A DNA stretch of 60,680 nucleotides from Coriobacteriia bacterium (lineage in GTDB: Bacteria > Actinomycetota > Coriobacteriia > Anaerosomatales > SLCP01). Position numbers and translations under genes: made by a program. The stretch is taken from positions 1-60,680 of the forward strand of contig JAHYJI010000004.1 of assembly GCA_019429145.1 (NCBI GenBank). Direction: 5' to 3'. The notes beneath the pieces are model-generated. The model had not been told where the DNA came from. It did no database searches and saw only the letters and a program-made list of their open reading frames with translations. This document shows, piece after piece, positions 9,500-18,098 of this stretch (position 1 is the stretch's first letter; each line of letters opens with the position of its first letter).

Positions 9500-9528
9500 A
9501 TTGTAACCACCACTCTTCTGGCGTGCAA
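9500..9528 (-). promoter_or_regulatory. Housekeeping-sigma promoter
   Basis: TTGCAC (9528-9523) - N17 - TACAAT (9505-9500). Confidence 0.7.
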
Positions 9529-9556
9529 GACCCTTGTGAATATCTTCCTCTGCCCC

Positions 9557-10996
9557 CTACGCGAAGGTCAGCACCCTCAGGATCTGCTGCAGACCGAAGA
9601 GTAGAGGGGCGCAGCCGATAGCAAGGACGAGCAGCGCGGTGACGACGACAGCCACCTCCGAGACGCGGTCGGGGCGCGCCTCCGCCGCCGCGTGATCGCG
9701 CGGTGGCGCTGACTCGAAGTACAGGTTCTTCAGGACCGCCCCGTAGTACCCGAAGGAGATCACTGACGCGATGACACCGACCAACGCCAGCCACCAGTAT
9801 CCTCCGGACACGGCAACACCGAAGACAAGGAACTTGCCCCAGAACCCTGCGGTCAACGGCATCCCGATAAGCGAGAACATCGCCACCGCAACGGCTGCTC
9901 CGAGCCACGGGCGCTCTCTTCCCAGGCCGGCCAGCCCCGCGATGGTTCCGTCCCACCCGGGCCGTGCGGCCGCAAATGAGCCGGCGGCAAGGAATGCGCC
10001 TGCTGCCGCAAGCGCATAAGCGGTCATAAGGAGCGCGACCGACGTCATTGACACAGCACCAAGCGCGACGCCCACCAGTGCATAGCCGATCTGGGCAACT
10101 CCGGAGTATGCGAGCATCCGCGTGTAGGAACGCTGTAGCAGGCCCCCCGTTGCGCCGAACGCCATCGAGAGGACGGCAAGGATTGCGAAGACCCACAGCG
10201 TGTAAGCGGCATCCAGGCCGGCGAAGACCGAGCGGGAGAACAGGATGATCATCGCCACGACGACGGCGAGCTTGGGAACGCCCGCCAGGAGCGCGGCGAA
10301 GTGAGGGGGCGCTGACTCGAAAGCGTCGAGCGCCCACGAGTGGAACGGGAAGGCACCGATCTTGTACGCGAGCGCGACGCCGATCAGAACAAACGCTGTA
10401 GTCACCGGAGGTCCGGACTCGGCGCCCATTACACCGCGGATCCACACGTAGGACGTGGAACCCCCGTACAAACCGAACAGGATGGCAAGACCGAGCACAA
10501 ACAGGCCCGTGGCGATCGCGCCCTGAACGAAGTACTTCACTGCAGCCTCGGTAGCGGCCGCAGTGCGCGCCGACCACACCAGGGCATACGCGCAGAGTGC
10601 CATCGCCTCCAGCGCGATGAGGAGCACGAGGACATCGGCGGCTACCGCAGCCGAAGCCGCAGCAGCAACAGAGACCGCCGCCAGCGCGGCGAGGCCCCCA
10701 CCGTGTTCCGCTTCGGTGAGCGGGCGCCACGAACCGAGAAGCACGAGCGCTGCGATGGTGCAGATGATTCCGACTGTGGCCGAGAAGCCCGTACCCGAGA
10801 GGACAACGTCACCGGTCAGCTCTGGCGCGCGAGCGCTGCTCGCAAACGCGAGGGCCGCTCCTCCGATGAGGCCGAGAACCGCAAGGGTGATCGCTAGCCC
10901 CCGCCGCTCGAACGCATCCGCGGCCACTGCCGCAGCAGCCCCGATCACGCACGCGATGTGGGGCGCGAATGCGACCAGCATGCTGACCTCGGTCAC
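9557..10996 (-). CDS. nuoN: Complex I subunit N
   Basis: EAAVKYFVQG, YKIGAFPFHSW, RMLAYSGVAQIGY, PLTAGFWGKF. Confidence 0.93.
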   Translation of the reverse strand: MTEVSMLVAFAPHIACVIGAAAAVAADAFERRGLAITLAVLGLIGGAALAFASSARAPELTGDVVLSGTGFSATVGIICTIAALVLLGSWRPLTEAEHGGGLAALAAVSVAAAASAAVAADVLVLLIALEAMALCAYALVWSARTAAATEAAVKYFVQGAIATGLFVLGLAILFGLYGGSTSYVWIRGVMGAESGPPVTTAFVLIGVALAYKIGAFPFHSWALDAFESAPPHFAALLAGVPKLAVVVAMIILFSRSVFAGLDAAYTLWVFAILAVLSMAFGATGGLLQRSYTRMLAYSGVAQIGYALVGVALGAVSMTSVALLMTAYALAAAGAFLAAGSFAAARPGWDGTIAGLAGLGRERPWLGAAVAVAMFSLIGMPLTAGFWGKFLVFGVAVSGGYWWLALVGVIASVISFGYYGAVLKNLYFESAPPRDHAAAEARPDRVSEVAVVVTALLVLAIGCAPLLFGLQQILRVLTFA

Positions 10997-10997
10997 G

Positions 10998-12446
10998 TCA
11001 GGCCCCCGTTCCGATGACCAACGCGAGTGAAGCGAAAACGTCACCGGTCATCGCGAGCACGATCCTCGGCCACACGCCGAGAGCTACGATGGCGGCAGCA
11101 AGCACCACGATCGGGATGAGATCAGCGATCGACAGATCCGGGGTGCCAACCCACTCGCCTGCCACCTCACCGTGCACGACCTCACGCACGGCTCGCAGGT
11201 TGTAGGCAGCAGCAAGCACTACTCCCGGCAGCGCAAGGGCGACCGGCCACGACCAGGCACCGAAGCCCTCAACCACCGCAAGGAACTCCCCCGGGAAACC
11301 CGACAGGCCCGGCAGACCGAGACTTGCCAGAGCCCCGAAGGTCAGTGCGGTCCCCCACCGGGGCACCAGAGAGCCGAGCCCCCCGAAACGCGCGATCTCG
11401 CGCGTATGAGTCCGGTCGTACAACTGCCCGACGAGGAGGAAGAGCAGGGGTGCGATAACCCCGTGACTGACCATGACGAGCATGGCTGCCGAGAAGCCGC
11501 GCTGCCCTCCCGCCGAGAGCGCAAGCATGACGAACCCCATGTGGGCCACGCTCGAATACGCGACGAGCCGCTTGAGGTCCGACTGTACCAGCGCGACCAT
11601 CGCACCGTACACGATCCCGATACCACCGAGCACCGCGAAGATCCAGGCGACATCGGCAAAGGCTCCGGGTGCGATCGGTATGGCGAGACGAAGCAGCCCG
11701 TAGCCACCCATCTTCAGCAGTACCCCCGCGAGCAGAATGGAGCCCGCCGTCGGCGCCTCGACGTGAGCATCGGGCAGCCAGGTGTGGAGCGGGAATGCAG
11801 GCAACTTGACGAGCATGCCCGCCGCGAGCAGCCAGAAGACCAGCATCGGGTCGGCAAGTGCGACCCGGCCGGCGAGAAGCGATTCGATGTTCGTCGTCCC
11901 GATCGTGAACACCGATACCAGTATGCCCACGAGCATCAATGCGCTGCCTGCGAAGGTGTACACGAAGAACTTCATCGCGGCGTGGCGTCGGTCCTCGTGG
12001 CCCCACACACCGATGAGGAAGTACATCGGTATCAGGACCGCCTCCCAGAAGACGTAGAGGAGCACGACATCTGCGGCAAGGAAGACACCGGCCACCGCAG
12101 CCTGCAGCGCGAGGAGCAGGGCGTGGTGTACGGCAGCCCTCTCCTTGACCTTCCACGATGCCAACACCGCAACGGGACCGAGCAGGGCGGTCAGTGCGAG
12201 CAACGGCGCGGACAGGCCATCGATTCGCAGGTCCCAGAAGGGCACCGAGTCCGCCGCCAGAGAGAGACCGGAAACGGCCGCACCGACGAATATCCCCTCG
12301 GCGGCGAGCGAGAGGAGGGCGGCCACGAATCCGAGAGATGTGATGAGGGCGGCAACCCGTGCGTACGACTGGTCGAGCCTACCGACCAGCAAGCACGTCA
12401 CGACGCCGAGGAGGGGGATGAGGATGAGCAGCTCTAGTGCGATCAT
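10998..12446 (-). CDS. nuoM: Complex I subunit M
   Basis: FWEAVLIPMY, KLPAFPLHTWLPDAHVEAPT, LLKMGGYG, KRLVAYSSVAHMG, GFPGEF. Confidence 0.95.
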   Translation of the reverse strand: MIALELLILIPLLGVVTCLLVGRLDQSYARVAALITSLGFVAALLSLAAEGIFVGAAVSGLSLAADSVPFWDLRIDGLSAPLLALTALLGPVAVLASWKVKERAAVHHALLLALQAAVAGVFLAADVVLLYVFWEAVLIPMYFLIGVWGHEDRRHAAMKFFVYTFAGSALMLVGILVSVFTIGTTNIESLLAGRVALADPMLVFWLLAAGMLVKLPAFPLHTWLPDAHVEAPTAGSILLAGVLLKMGGYGLLRLAIPIAPGAFADVAWIFAVLGGIGIVYGAMVALVQSDLKRLVAYSSVAHMGFVMLALSAGGQRGFSAAMLVMVSHGVIAPLLFLLVGQLYDRTHTREIARFGGLGSLVPRWGTALTFGALASLGLPGLSGFPGEFLAVVEGFGAWSWPVALALPGVVLAAAYNLRAVREVVHGEVAGEWVGTPDLSIADLIPIVVLAAAIVALGVWPRIVLAMTGDVFASLALVIGTGA

Positions 12447-14272
12447 CACAACCCCCGCCCGATGTAGGAGACCACAGCAAGCAGCGCGACGGCCCCTGCA
12501 CCCAGCATCGTCGCGTACCACTGCGCATCACCCGACTGCAACGAGCTGAACGCGCGACCCACTCTGCGGGCAAACGGAGCGGTGCCCTCGGCTATGCCAT
12601 CGACGGCCTGCCGGTCGACGAATCTGTAGAGGAACTGCGACGCGCTCGCGACCGGTGCGAGCAGCACGCGCTCGACGAGCCTGTCGGCCCCCCACCCCTG
12701 CCTCATCAGGTCGGCGAGTGCCGCCAGACGCGGCTGCTTGAGACCGGGGTGGCCCGCACCGGCAACCTTCCAGCCTGCAAGCAGACCGAGAACCGCCAAG
12801 AGTGTCGATGCCGCCGCGACGCGAAGATCGAGCGATCCGTGATGGGCACCGATCGTCTCGGCGAGCCAGGCGCCCGCGAAGCCGACCGCAGCCGCGAGCG
12901 TCGCCAGCGCTATGAGCGGCAGCCGCATACTCCAACCGCCCTCATGAGGGTGCCCGTCTCCGCGGTAGGCGTCGAAGAACGCGAGGCGGGTCGTGCGTGC
13001 GACGTAGAACGCGGTCATCAGACTCGCACCGAAGAGCAGGATCGCCCAGACCGGCTCGGCGAGAGCGACATCGTGGAGGATCTCGTCCTTGCTGAAGAAA
13101 CCGGCCAGTGGAGGCAGTCCCGCAAGGGCTCCGGCCCCTATCAGCCAGGTGACACCCGTGACCGGCATCTTCCGGAACAGGCCACCCATCTCCTCGAGCT
13201 CCTGGGTGCCCGAGCCATGGATAACGCTACCGGACCCCAAGAAGAGCAGCGCCTTGAACGCGGCGTGCGTGACGAGGTGGAAGACCGCCGCGCCCCACGC
13301 CCCTACGCCGAGAGCAGCGAACATGAAGCCGAGTTGGCTGATCGTGGAGTATGCGAGCACCTTCTTGATGTCCGTCTGCACGAGGGCCGCCGCAGCGGCT
13401 CCGATGGCCGTGAGCCCACCGACCGCAAGTGTCATCGCCAGCGCGTCAGGAGAGAGCGAGAAGAGCGGCCAGGTGCGAGCGATGAGGAAGACGCCGGCCG
13501 CGACCATGGTTGCAGCGTGGATCAGCGCGGAGACCGGGGTCGGACCCTCCATGGCGTCAGGGAGCCAGATCTGCAGCGGGAACTGTGCCGACTTCCCGAT
13601 CGCACCCACCAGCAGGAGCAGACTCGCTCCGGTGACGGTCGCGGGAGCCAACGAAGGGGCCGCAGCGAACAAGCCCGCGTACGAGAGATCGCCGACCTCG
13701 CGCCAGAGCAGTGCGAGCGCGAGCAGGAGCCCGACATCGCCCACCCGGGTGGTGAGGAACGCCTTGACGGCAGCCTTCGCTGCCGCTGGACGGGTGAACC
13801 AGAAGCCGATCAACAGGTACGAACACGCACCGACAAGCTCCCACCCGATGAAGAGCCCGACCAGCCCGTCAGCAACGACGAGCATGCTCATCGCAGCCGT
13901 GAACAGACAGAGAGAGGCGAAGTAGCGCGGCAGGCCGTTCTCCCCGTGCATGTAGCCGACGGAGAAGAGAACGACGAGGGCAGCCACGAGACCCACGACC
14001 ACGAGCATCACGGCAGTCAGCCCGTCGACCGCCCAGCCGACGGTCAGCGAGTCCGCGGCGCCGACGGTGAGCCACTCGACCGAGCCGGACCGGGGTGCGT
14101 CGTGCAACCCTTCTACCAGCGAGAGGACGCCGTACGCGAGGACCCACAGCGGGGCCAGAATCGCCACGGCGGGGGTGAAGCGTCCGAGTACGCGTCCGAA
14201 CAGGGCGACGACCACCGCGAGCAGCATCGGAAGCAGGACGACCAACCAGCCGAGGTCGAGGAAGGCAGCCAT
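12446..14272 (-). CDS. nuoL: Complex I subunit L
   Basis: WELVGACSYLLIGFW, GKSAQFPLQIWLPDAMEGPTPVSALIHAATMV, DIKKVLAYSTISQLG; C-terminal lateral helix. Confidence 0.96.
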   Translation of the reverse strand: MAAFLDLGWLVVLLPMLLAVVVALFGRVLGRFTPAVAILAPLWVLAYGVLSLVEGLHDAPRSGSVEWLTVGAADSLTVGWAVDGLTAVMLVVVGLVAALVVLFSVGYMHGENGLPRYFASLCLFTAAMSMLVVADGLVGLFIGWELVGACSYLLIGFWFTRPAAAKAAVKAFLTTRVGDVGLLLALALLWREVGDLSYAGLFAAAPSLAPATVTGASLLLLVGAIGKSAQFPLQIWLPDAMEGPTPVSALIHAATMVAAGVFLIARTWPLFSLSPDALAMTLAVGGLTAIGAAAAALVQTDIKKVLAYSTISQLGFMFAALGVGAWGAAVFHLVTHAAFKALLFLGSGSVIHGSGTQELEEMGGLFRKMPVTGVTWLIGAGALAGLPPLAGFFSKDEILHDVALAEPVWAILLFGASLMTAFYVARTTRLAFFDAYRGDGHPHEGGWSMRLPLIALATLAAAVGFAGAWLAETIGAHHGSLDLRVAAASTLLAVLGLLAGWKVAGAGHPGLKQPRLAALADLMRQGWGADRLVERVLLAPVASASQFLYRFVDRQAVDGIAEGTAPFARRVGRAFSSLQSGDAQWYATMLGAGAVALLAVVSYIGRGL

Positions 14273-14273
14273 C

Positions 14274-14579
14274 TCAGCCCTTCACCTCCGCCAACTCGTC
14301 GACACGGGTGGTCTTGAAACGGCGGGCAACCGAGATGACCAAGGCAAGACCGATGGCCGCCTCGGCAGCGGCCAGGACGATCACCATCACACCGGTCGCC
14401 TCCACCGCTCCCTCATGAGTTCCCATCGGCGTGCCCGCAGCCGCCAGCCCGACAAGCAACAGCGTCGCGGCACCGAGCATCACCTCGATGCTCGCGAGTA
14501 TCGCCACCAGGTCCCTGCGGGTAAGCACACCGTAGAGCCCTAGCGAGAACAGTCCGACCGTGATGACCAGCAGGCTCAT
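14274..14579 (-). CDS. nuoK: Complex I subunit K
   Basis: SIEVML and LAAAEAAIGLAL conserved Glu motifs. Confidence 0.93.
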   Translation of the reverse strand: MSLLVITVGLFSLGLYGVLTRRDLVAILASIEVMLGAATLLLVGLAAAGTPMGTHEGAVEATGVMVIVLAAAEAAIGLALVISVARRFKTTRVDELAEVKG

Positions 14580-15070
14580 CGCTCATCGCCTCCCAGGATC
14601 ACGACTACAGCCACGAGAACCGCGAGCAACAGCACGCCGCCCATCTCGAAGTGGGTGAGCATCGGGCCAAGGAATGCCTCGTTCAGTTCAGCAGGACCAG
14701 AGGTGATCCCCTGGTCGACCGAGTCGGGAACTGCACCTCTCAGAGCCGTTACAACCAGGAAGAACAGTCCTCCGGCAACGGCTATCGCCGCCACGTCGTG
14801 GCGTGTCTCGATCGTCGGAGAGCCGTCAGGCGACCGGTGAACGAGCATGATCGCGAAGATCATGAGTACGAGCACTCCGCCGATGTAGACGAAGAGCTGC
14901 ACGATGCCGAGGAAGGTGGCTCCCCAGTAGACGAAGAAGCCGGCGACCGCGACCAGGAACGTGCCCAGGCCCATCGCCATGCGTGAAACGTCGCGGGCGA
15001 ACACGGTGACGATGCCGCCGGACACGGCGACGATACCGAGGATGGCGAAGATGACGCTCTCGAGGTTCAC
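14576..15070 (-). CDS. nuoJ: Complex I subunit J
   Basis: VQLFVYIGGVLVLMIFAIML; FEMGGVLLL; start trimmed to GTG 15070. Confidence 0.92.
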   Translation of the reverse strand: MNLESVIFAILGIVAVSGGIVTVFARDVSRMAMGLGTFLVAVAGFFVYWGATFLGIVQLFVYIGGVLVLMIFAIMLVHRSPDGSPTIETRHDVAAIAVAGGLFFLVVTALRGAVPDSVDQGITSGPAELNEAFLGPMLTHFEMGGVLLLAVLVAVVVILGGDER

Positions 15071-17100
15071 TGCGTCACCCCCGGGGAATCCTCGTGCACG
15101 CCATCCCGCCCGGTGGCACGGGTGCCCCCTCCGTCTCGGACCATCTCGTGACGGTCGAAGATGGTGAAGTCCCGGTGGAAGAAGCTCAGCTCGTACTGAC
15201 CGGTGTGCGTCAACGCGTCTGTCGGGCACTGTTCCGCGCACAGACCGCAGAAGCAGCACTTCGACAGGTCGAGGTCGTAGTGCGTCACGCGGCGCTCGCC
15301 CGGATCATCGGTGCGCTCGACCTCGATGGCGTAGTCCGGACAGGTACGGGCGCAGAAGGTGCATCCCACGCAGACCTCTGACTGGCACCTCAGGCATCGG
15401 GCGGCCTCGTTCAGTGCTTCGAGATGGGTGAGGCCAAGCTCGACCTGCCTGAAGTCGGTGGCACGCTCTTCGGGCTTGGCCATCGGCATCACAACGCGGC
15501 GCCGGTTGGCCTCCACACCCTTCACATCGGCGACCTGGTACTTCTCGTAGACCGGAACCGGGCGTGCAACCCGGCCCTCGGCAAGGTCCCGACCTTCCAG
15601 ATAGCGGTGGACGGAGGTCGCGGCCTCGTGACCGGTGGCGATCGACGCGATCGCGCTGCCCGGACCCGTCACGATCTCGCCGCAGGCGAACACACCGGGG
15701 TGGTGGGTGGTGAAGAGCGTCCCGTCGACCGGCAACAGCCCCCGCTCGGTGAGCGTCAGGTCCGAACCGGCGACCACATCGGCGAGCACGGGACCCTGAC
15801 CGACCGAGAAGACGATGACGTCGAGTTCGACATCGGTCGTCTCCTCACCGAACTGCGGAGAGAAACGGCCTGCGGCATCGAACACCGACAGGCACTCCTT
15901 CATCCGCATGCCGCGGACCTTGCCGTCCTCGTCGACGAGCACTTCCTCCGGCCCGAGGGAGCACATCGCGATGACTCCCTCGTCGAGAGCCTCCTCGATC
16001 TCCCACGGATGACACGGCATCTCGTCGTCGCCCTCGAGGCACGCGAGTCTGACCTCGGCGGCTCCGGTACGAAGCGCGCACCGTGCGACGTCGACGGCGA
16101 CGTTGCCCCCGCCGATCACCAGTAACCGCTTGCCGCTGACGCCCGCATCGCCCTTCCAGTTCGCATCGCGCAGGAACGGCAGCGCACCCATGACTCCCTC
16201 TGCCGTGTGACCGGGTACCGGGATGATGCGGCTTTCCTGGAGGCCGACGGCTATCAACACGGCGTCGTACTCGCCGATGAGGTAGTCGATGGGGACGTCC
16301 TTGCCGACCTCAACGCCGAGCTTGAGCTCCATGCCCAGGGTGACGAGGTTGTCGATCTCGTCGTGGAGCACCTCGCGGGGAAGGCGGTACGAGGGGACGC
16401 CCGAGTACAGCGCGCCGCCCGGCTTCTTCTCCTTCTCGTAGACCGAGACCGAGTAGCCGAGCTTCATGAGATCGTAGGCCGCGGTCAGTCCGGAGGGCCC
16501 CGAACCGATGATGGCGATGCGCTGCCCGCGGGTGCGCTCGAACGGCGTCAGGCGCTCGCTCGCTACCTTCGCGTACTCCTCGTACGCATGTCTGTGCAGC
16601 GGCCGGATGGCGACCGGCTCGTCGTAGTAGTTGCGCCGGCAGGCCGTCTCGCACGGGTGGTGGCAGATCCGACCGAGCACACCGGGCAAGATGTTGCGCT
16701 CCCTGACGAGCTCGTATGCCTCGGCAGGCTTGCCTTCACCGAGGTAGTATCCCTGGCCCCGGGCGTCAACATTCGCCGGGCAGTTACCCACGCACGGCGG
16801 CAGCCGATCGGCACGATGGAGCTCGTCGATACCCGCGTTGTACTCAGGCGGAGCGTCACGGATGATCGGTATGTCGTCGAGCCCGAGCACCCCCCGCAGC
16901 CGCAGAGCACCACGCCATCTTGGCGAAAGGGTGTACTTCTCGTGCGGGTAGCGCAGCGTCGACACGGGTCCGAGCGCACGTCGTCCGGTTATTCCGAGAC
17001 CCGTGAGAAGCGAGCGCCAGCGCGCGAAGAAGCCCCGGGCCCCGCCGGGAAAGTCATCGGTGACGTTGACGGTGACCGGCACCGCGTGCGGGGTGCGCAC
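15067..17100 (-). CDS. nuoI: NuoI interrupted by an in-frame GltD/NfnB-like FAD-dependent NAD(P)H oxidoreductase domain (about 670-680 aa)
   Basis: NuoI N-terminus (TLRYPHEK...RWRGAL), then PPCxxxCP, GRICxHPCExxC, GSGPSG, GGGNVAVD and EAARCLRC, then NuoI CxxCxxCxxxCP twice and YEL tail. Start uncertain (GTG 17100 or 17082). Confidence 0.9.
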   Translation of the reverse strand: MRTPHAVPVTVNVTDDFPGGARGFFARWRSLLTGLGITGRRALGPVSTLRYPHEKYTLSPRWRGALRLRGVLGLDDIPIIRDAPPEYNAGIDELHRADRLPPCVGNCPANVDARGQGYYLGEGKPAEAYELVRERNILPGVLGRICHHPCETACRRNYYDEPVAIRPLHRHAYEEYAKVASERLTPFERTRGQRIAIIGSGPSGLTAAYDLMKLGYSVSVYEKEKKPGGALYSGVPSYRLPREVLHDEIDNLVTLGMELKLGVEVGKDVPIDYLIGEYDAVLIAVGLQESRIIPVPGHTAEGVMGALPFLRDANWKGDAGVSGKRLLVIGGGNVAVDVARCALRTGAAEVRLACLEGDDEMPCHPWEIEEALDEGVIAMCSLGPEEVLVDEDGKVRGMRMKECLSVFDAAGRFSPQFGEETTDVELDVIVFSVGQGPVLADVVAGSDLTLTERGLLPVDGTLFTTHHPGVFACGEIVTGPGSAIASIATGHEAATSVHRYLEGRDLAEGRVARPVPVYEKYQVADVKGVEANRRRVVMPMAKPEERATDFRQVELGLTHLEALNEAARCLRCQSEVCVGCTFCARTCPDYAIEVERTDDPGERRVTHYDLDLSKCCFCGLCAEQCPTDALTHTGQYELSFFHRDFTIFDRHEMVRDGGGTRATGRDGVHEDSPGVTQ

Positions 17101-17147
17101 GGGTGCGCCGACCTGATCGTGGCGCGGAACGGCACCTTTGCCATGCG

Positions 17148-18098
17148 TTACAGCCACGGGATCACCACCCCGACGATCACGAGTTGTAGCAGCGCCATCG
17201 GCGTCAGGACCTTCCATGCGGTGCCCATCAACTGGTCGGGCCTCATGCGCGGGAAAGTCCACTTCACCCATATCATCGCGACGGCGAGCAGTGTCGCAAC
17301 CGCGATGAGCATGATGACGCCGAGAGCCCCGGGCAGGTGGAGGTACCCTCCGAACCAGAACACCGCTCCAAAGAGTGCGGCCGCCACCATGCCGCCGTAC
17401 TCGGCCATCATGAAGATCGCCCAGCGGATGCCCGAGTAATCGGCAAAGTATCCGGCTACAAGCTCGGATTCGGCCTCGGGCAGGTCGAACGGCCCCCGGT
17501 TGACCTCGGCGATCGACGATATGAAGTACACGATGAACGCGATGAACGTCAGCGGGATCCACCACCAGCGCCACTCATCCATGATGTCGAGCGGACGCAT
17601 CGACCCCGCGAGCAGGACGAAGGGCAGGATGGAGAGGGTCCGGGGAAGCTCGTAGGAGATCATCTGCGCAGCGGCGCGCAGGCCGCCGATGGTCGCATAG
17701 GTGTTTCGGGACGACCAGCCAGCAAGCAGGACGCCGATCACCGAGATTGCCGGTACCGCCATGAAGAAGAGTATTCCGACGCTGGTGTCCAGCGGTGCGA
17801 ACCCCGAGGCATACGGGATGATGACGAACGACATCGCGATAGGCGCGAAGACGATCAGCGGCGCGATGCGGAAGATGCGCACGTCAGCCGCTGCAGGCGT
17901 GATGTCCTCCTTGAGCACGAGCTTGAGCGTGTCGGCCAGTGTCTGCAACAGACCGAAGGGGCCGAGCTCTTGCGGTCCGATACGCATCTGGATCCGACCG
18001 GCTACCTTGCGCTCGCCCCATACGCCGATCAGAGCGGCGATCGCGATGACGAGGCCCGCTGCCAGTCCGTAGAGTGCTCCCCACGCCAGGCCGCTCAC
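17148..18098 (-). CDS. nuoH: Complex I subunit H
   Basis: ERKVAGRIQMRIGP, AAQMISYE, NRGPFDLPEAESELVAG, PRMRPDQ. Confidence 0.96.
   Translation of the reverse strand: MSGLAWGALYGLAAGLVIAIAALIGVWGERKVAGRIQMRIGPQELGPFGLLQTLADTLKLVLKEDITPAAADVRIFRIAPLIVFAPIAMSFVIIPYASGFAPLDTSVGILFFMAVPAISVIGVLLAGWSSRNTYATIGGLRAAAQMISYELPRTLSILPFVLLAGSMRPLDIMDEWRWWWIPLTFIAFIVYFISSIAEVNRGPFDLPEAESELVAGYFADYSGIRWAIFMMAEYGGMVAAALFGAVFWFGGYLHLPGALGVIMLIAVATLLAVAMIWVKWTFPRMRPDQLMGTAWKVLTPMALLQLVIVGVVIPWL

Noticed and set aside
9533-9550. Second Rex site (TTGTGAA-TATC-TTCCTCT) after nuoN
   Set aside because: Only the left half-site matches well, and the right arm has several mismatches.
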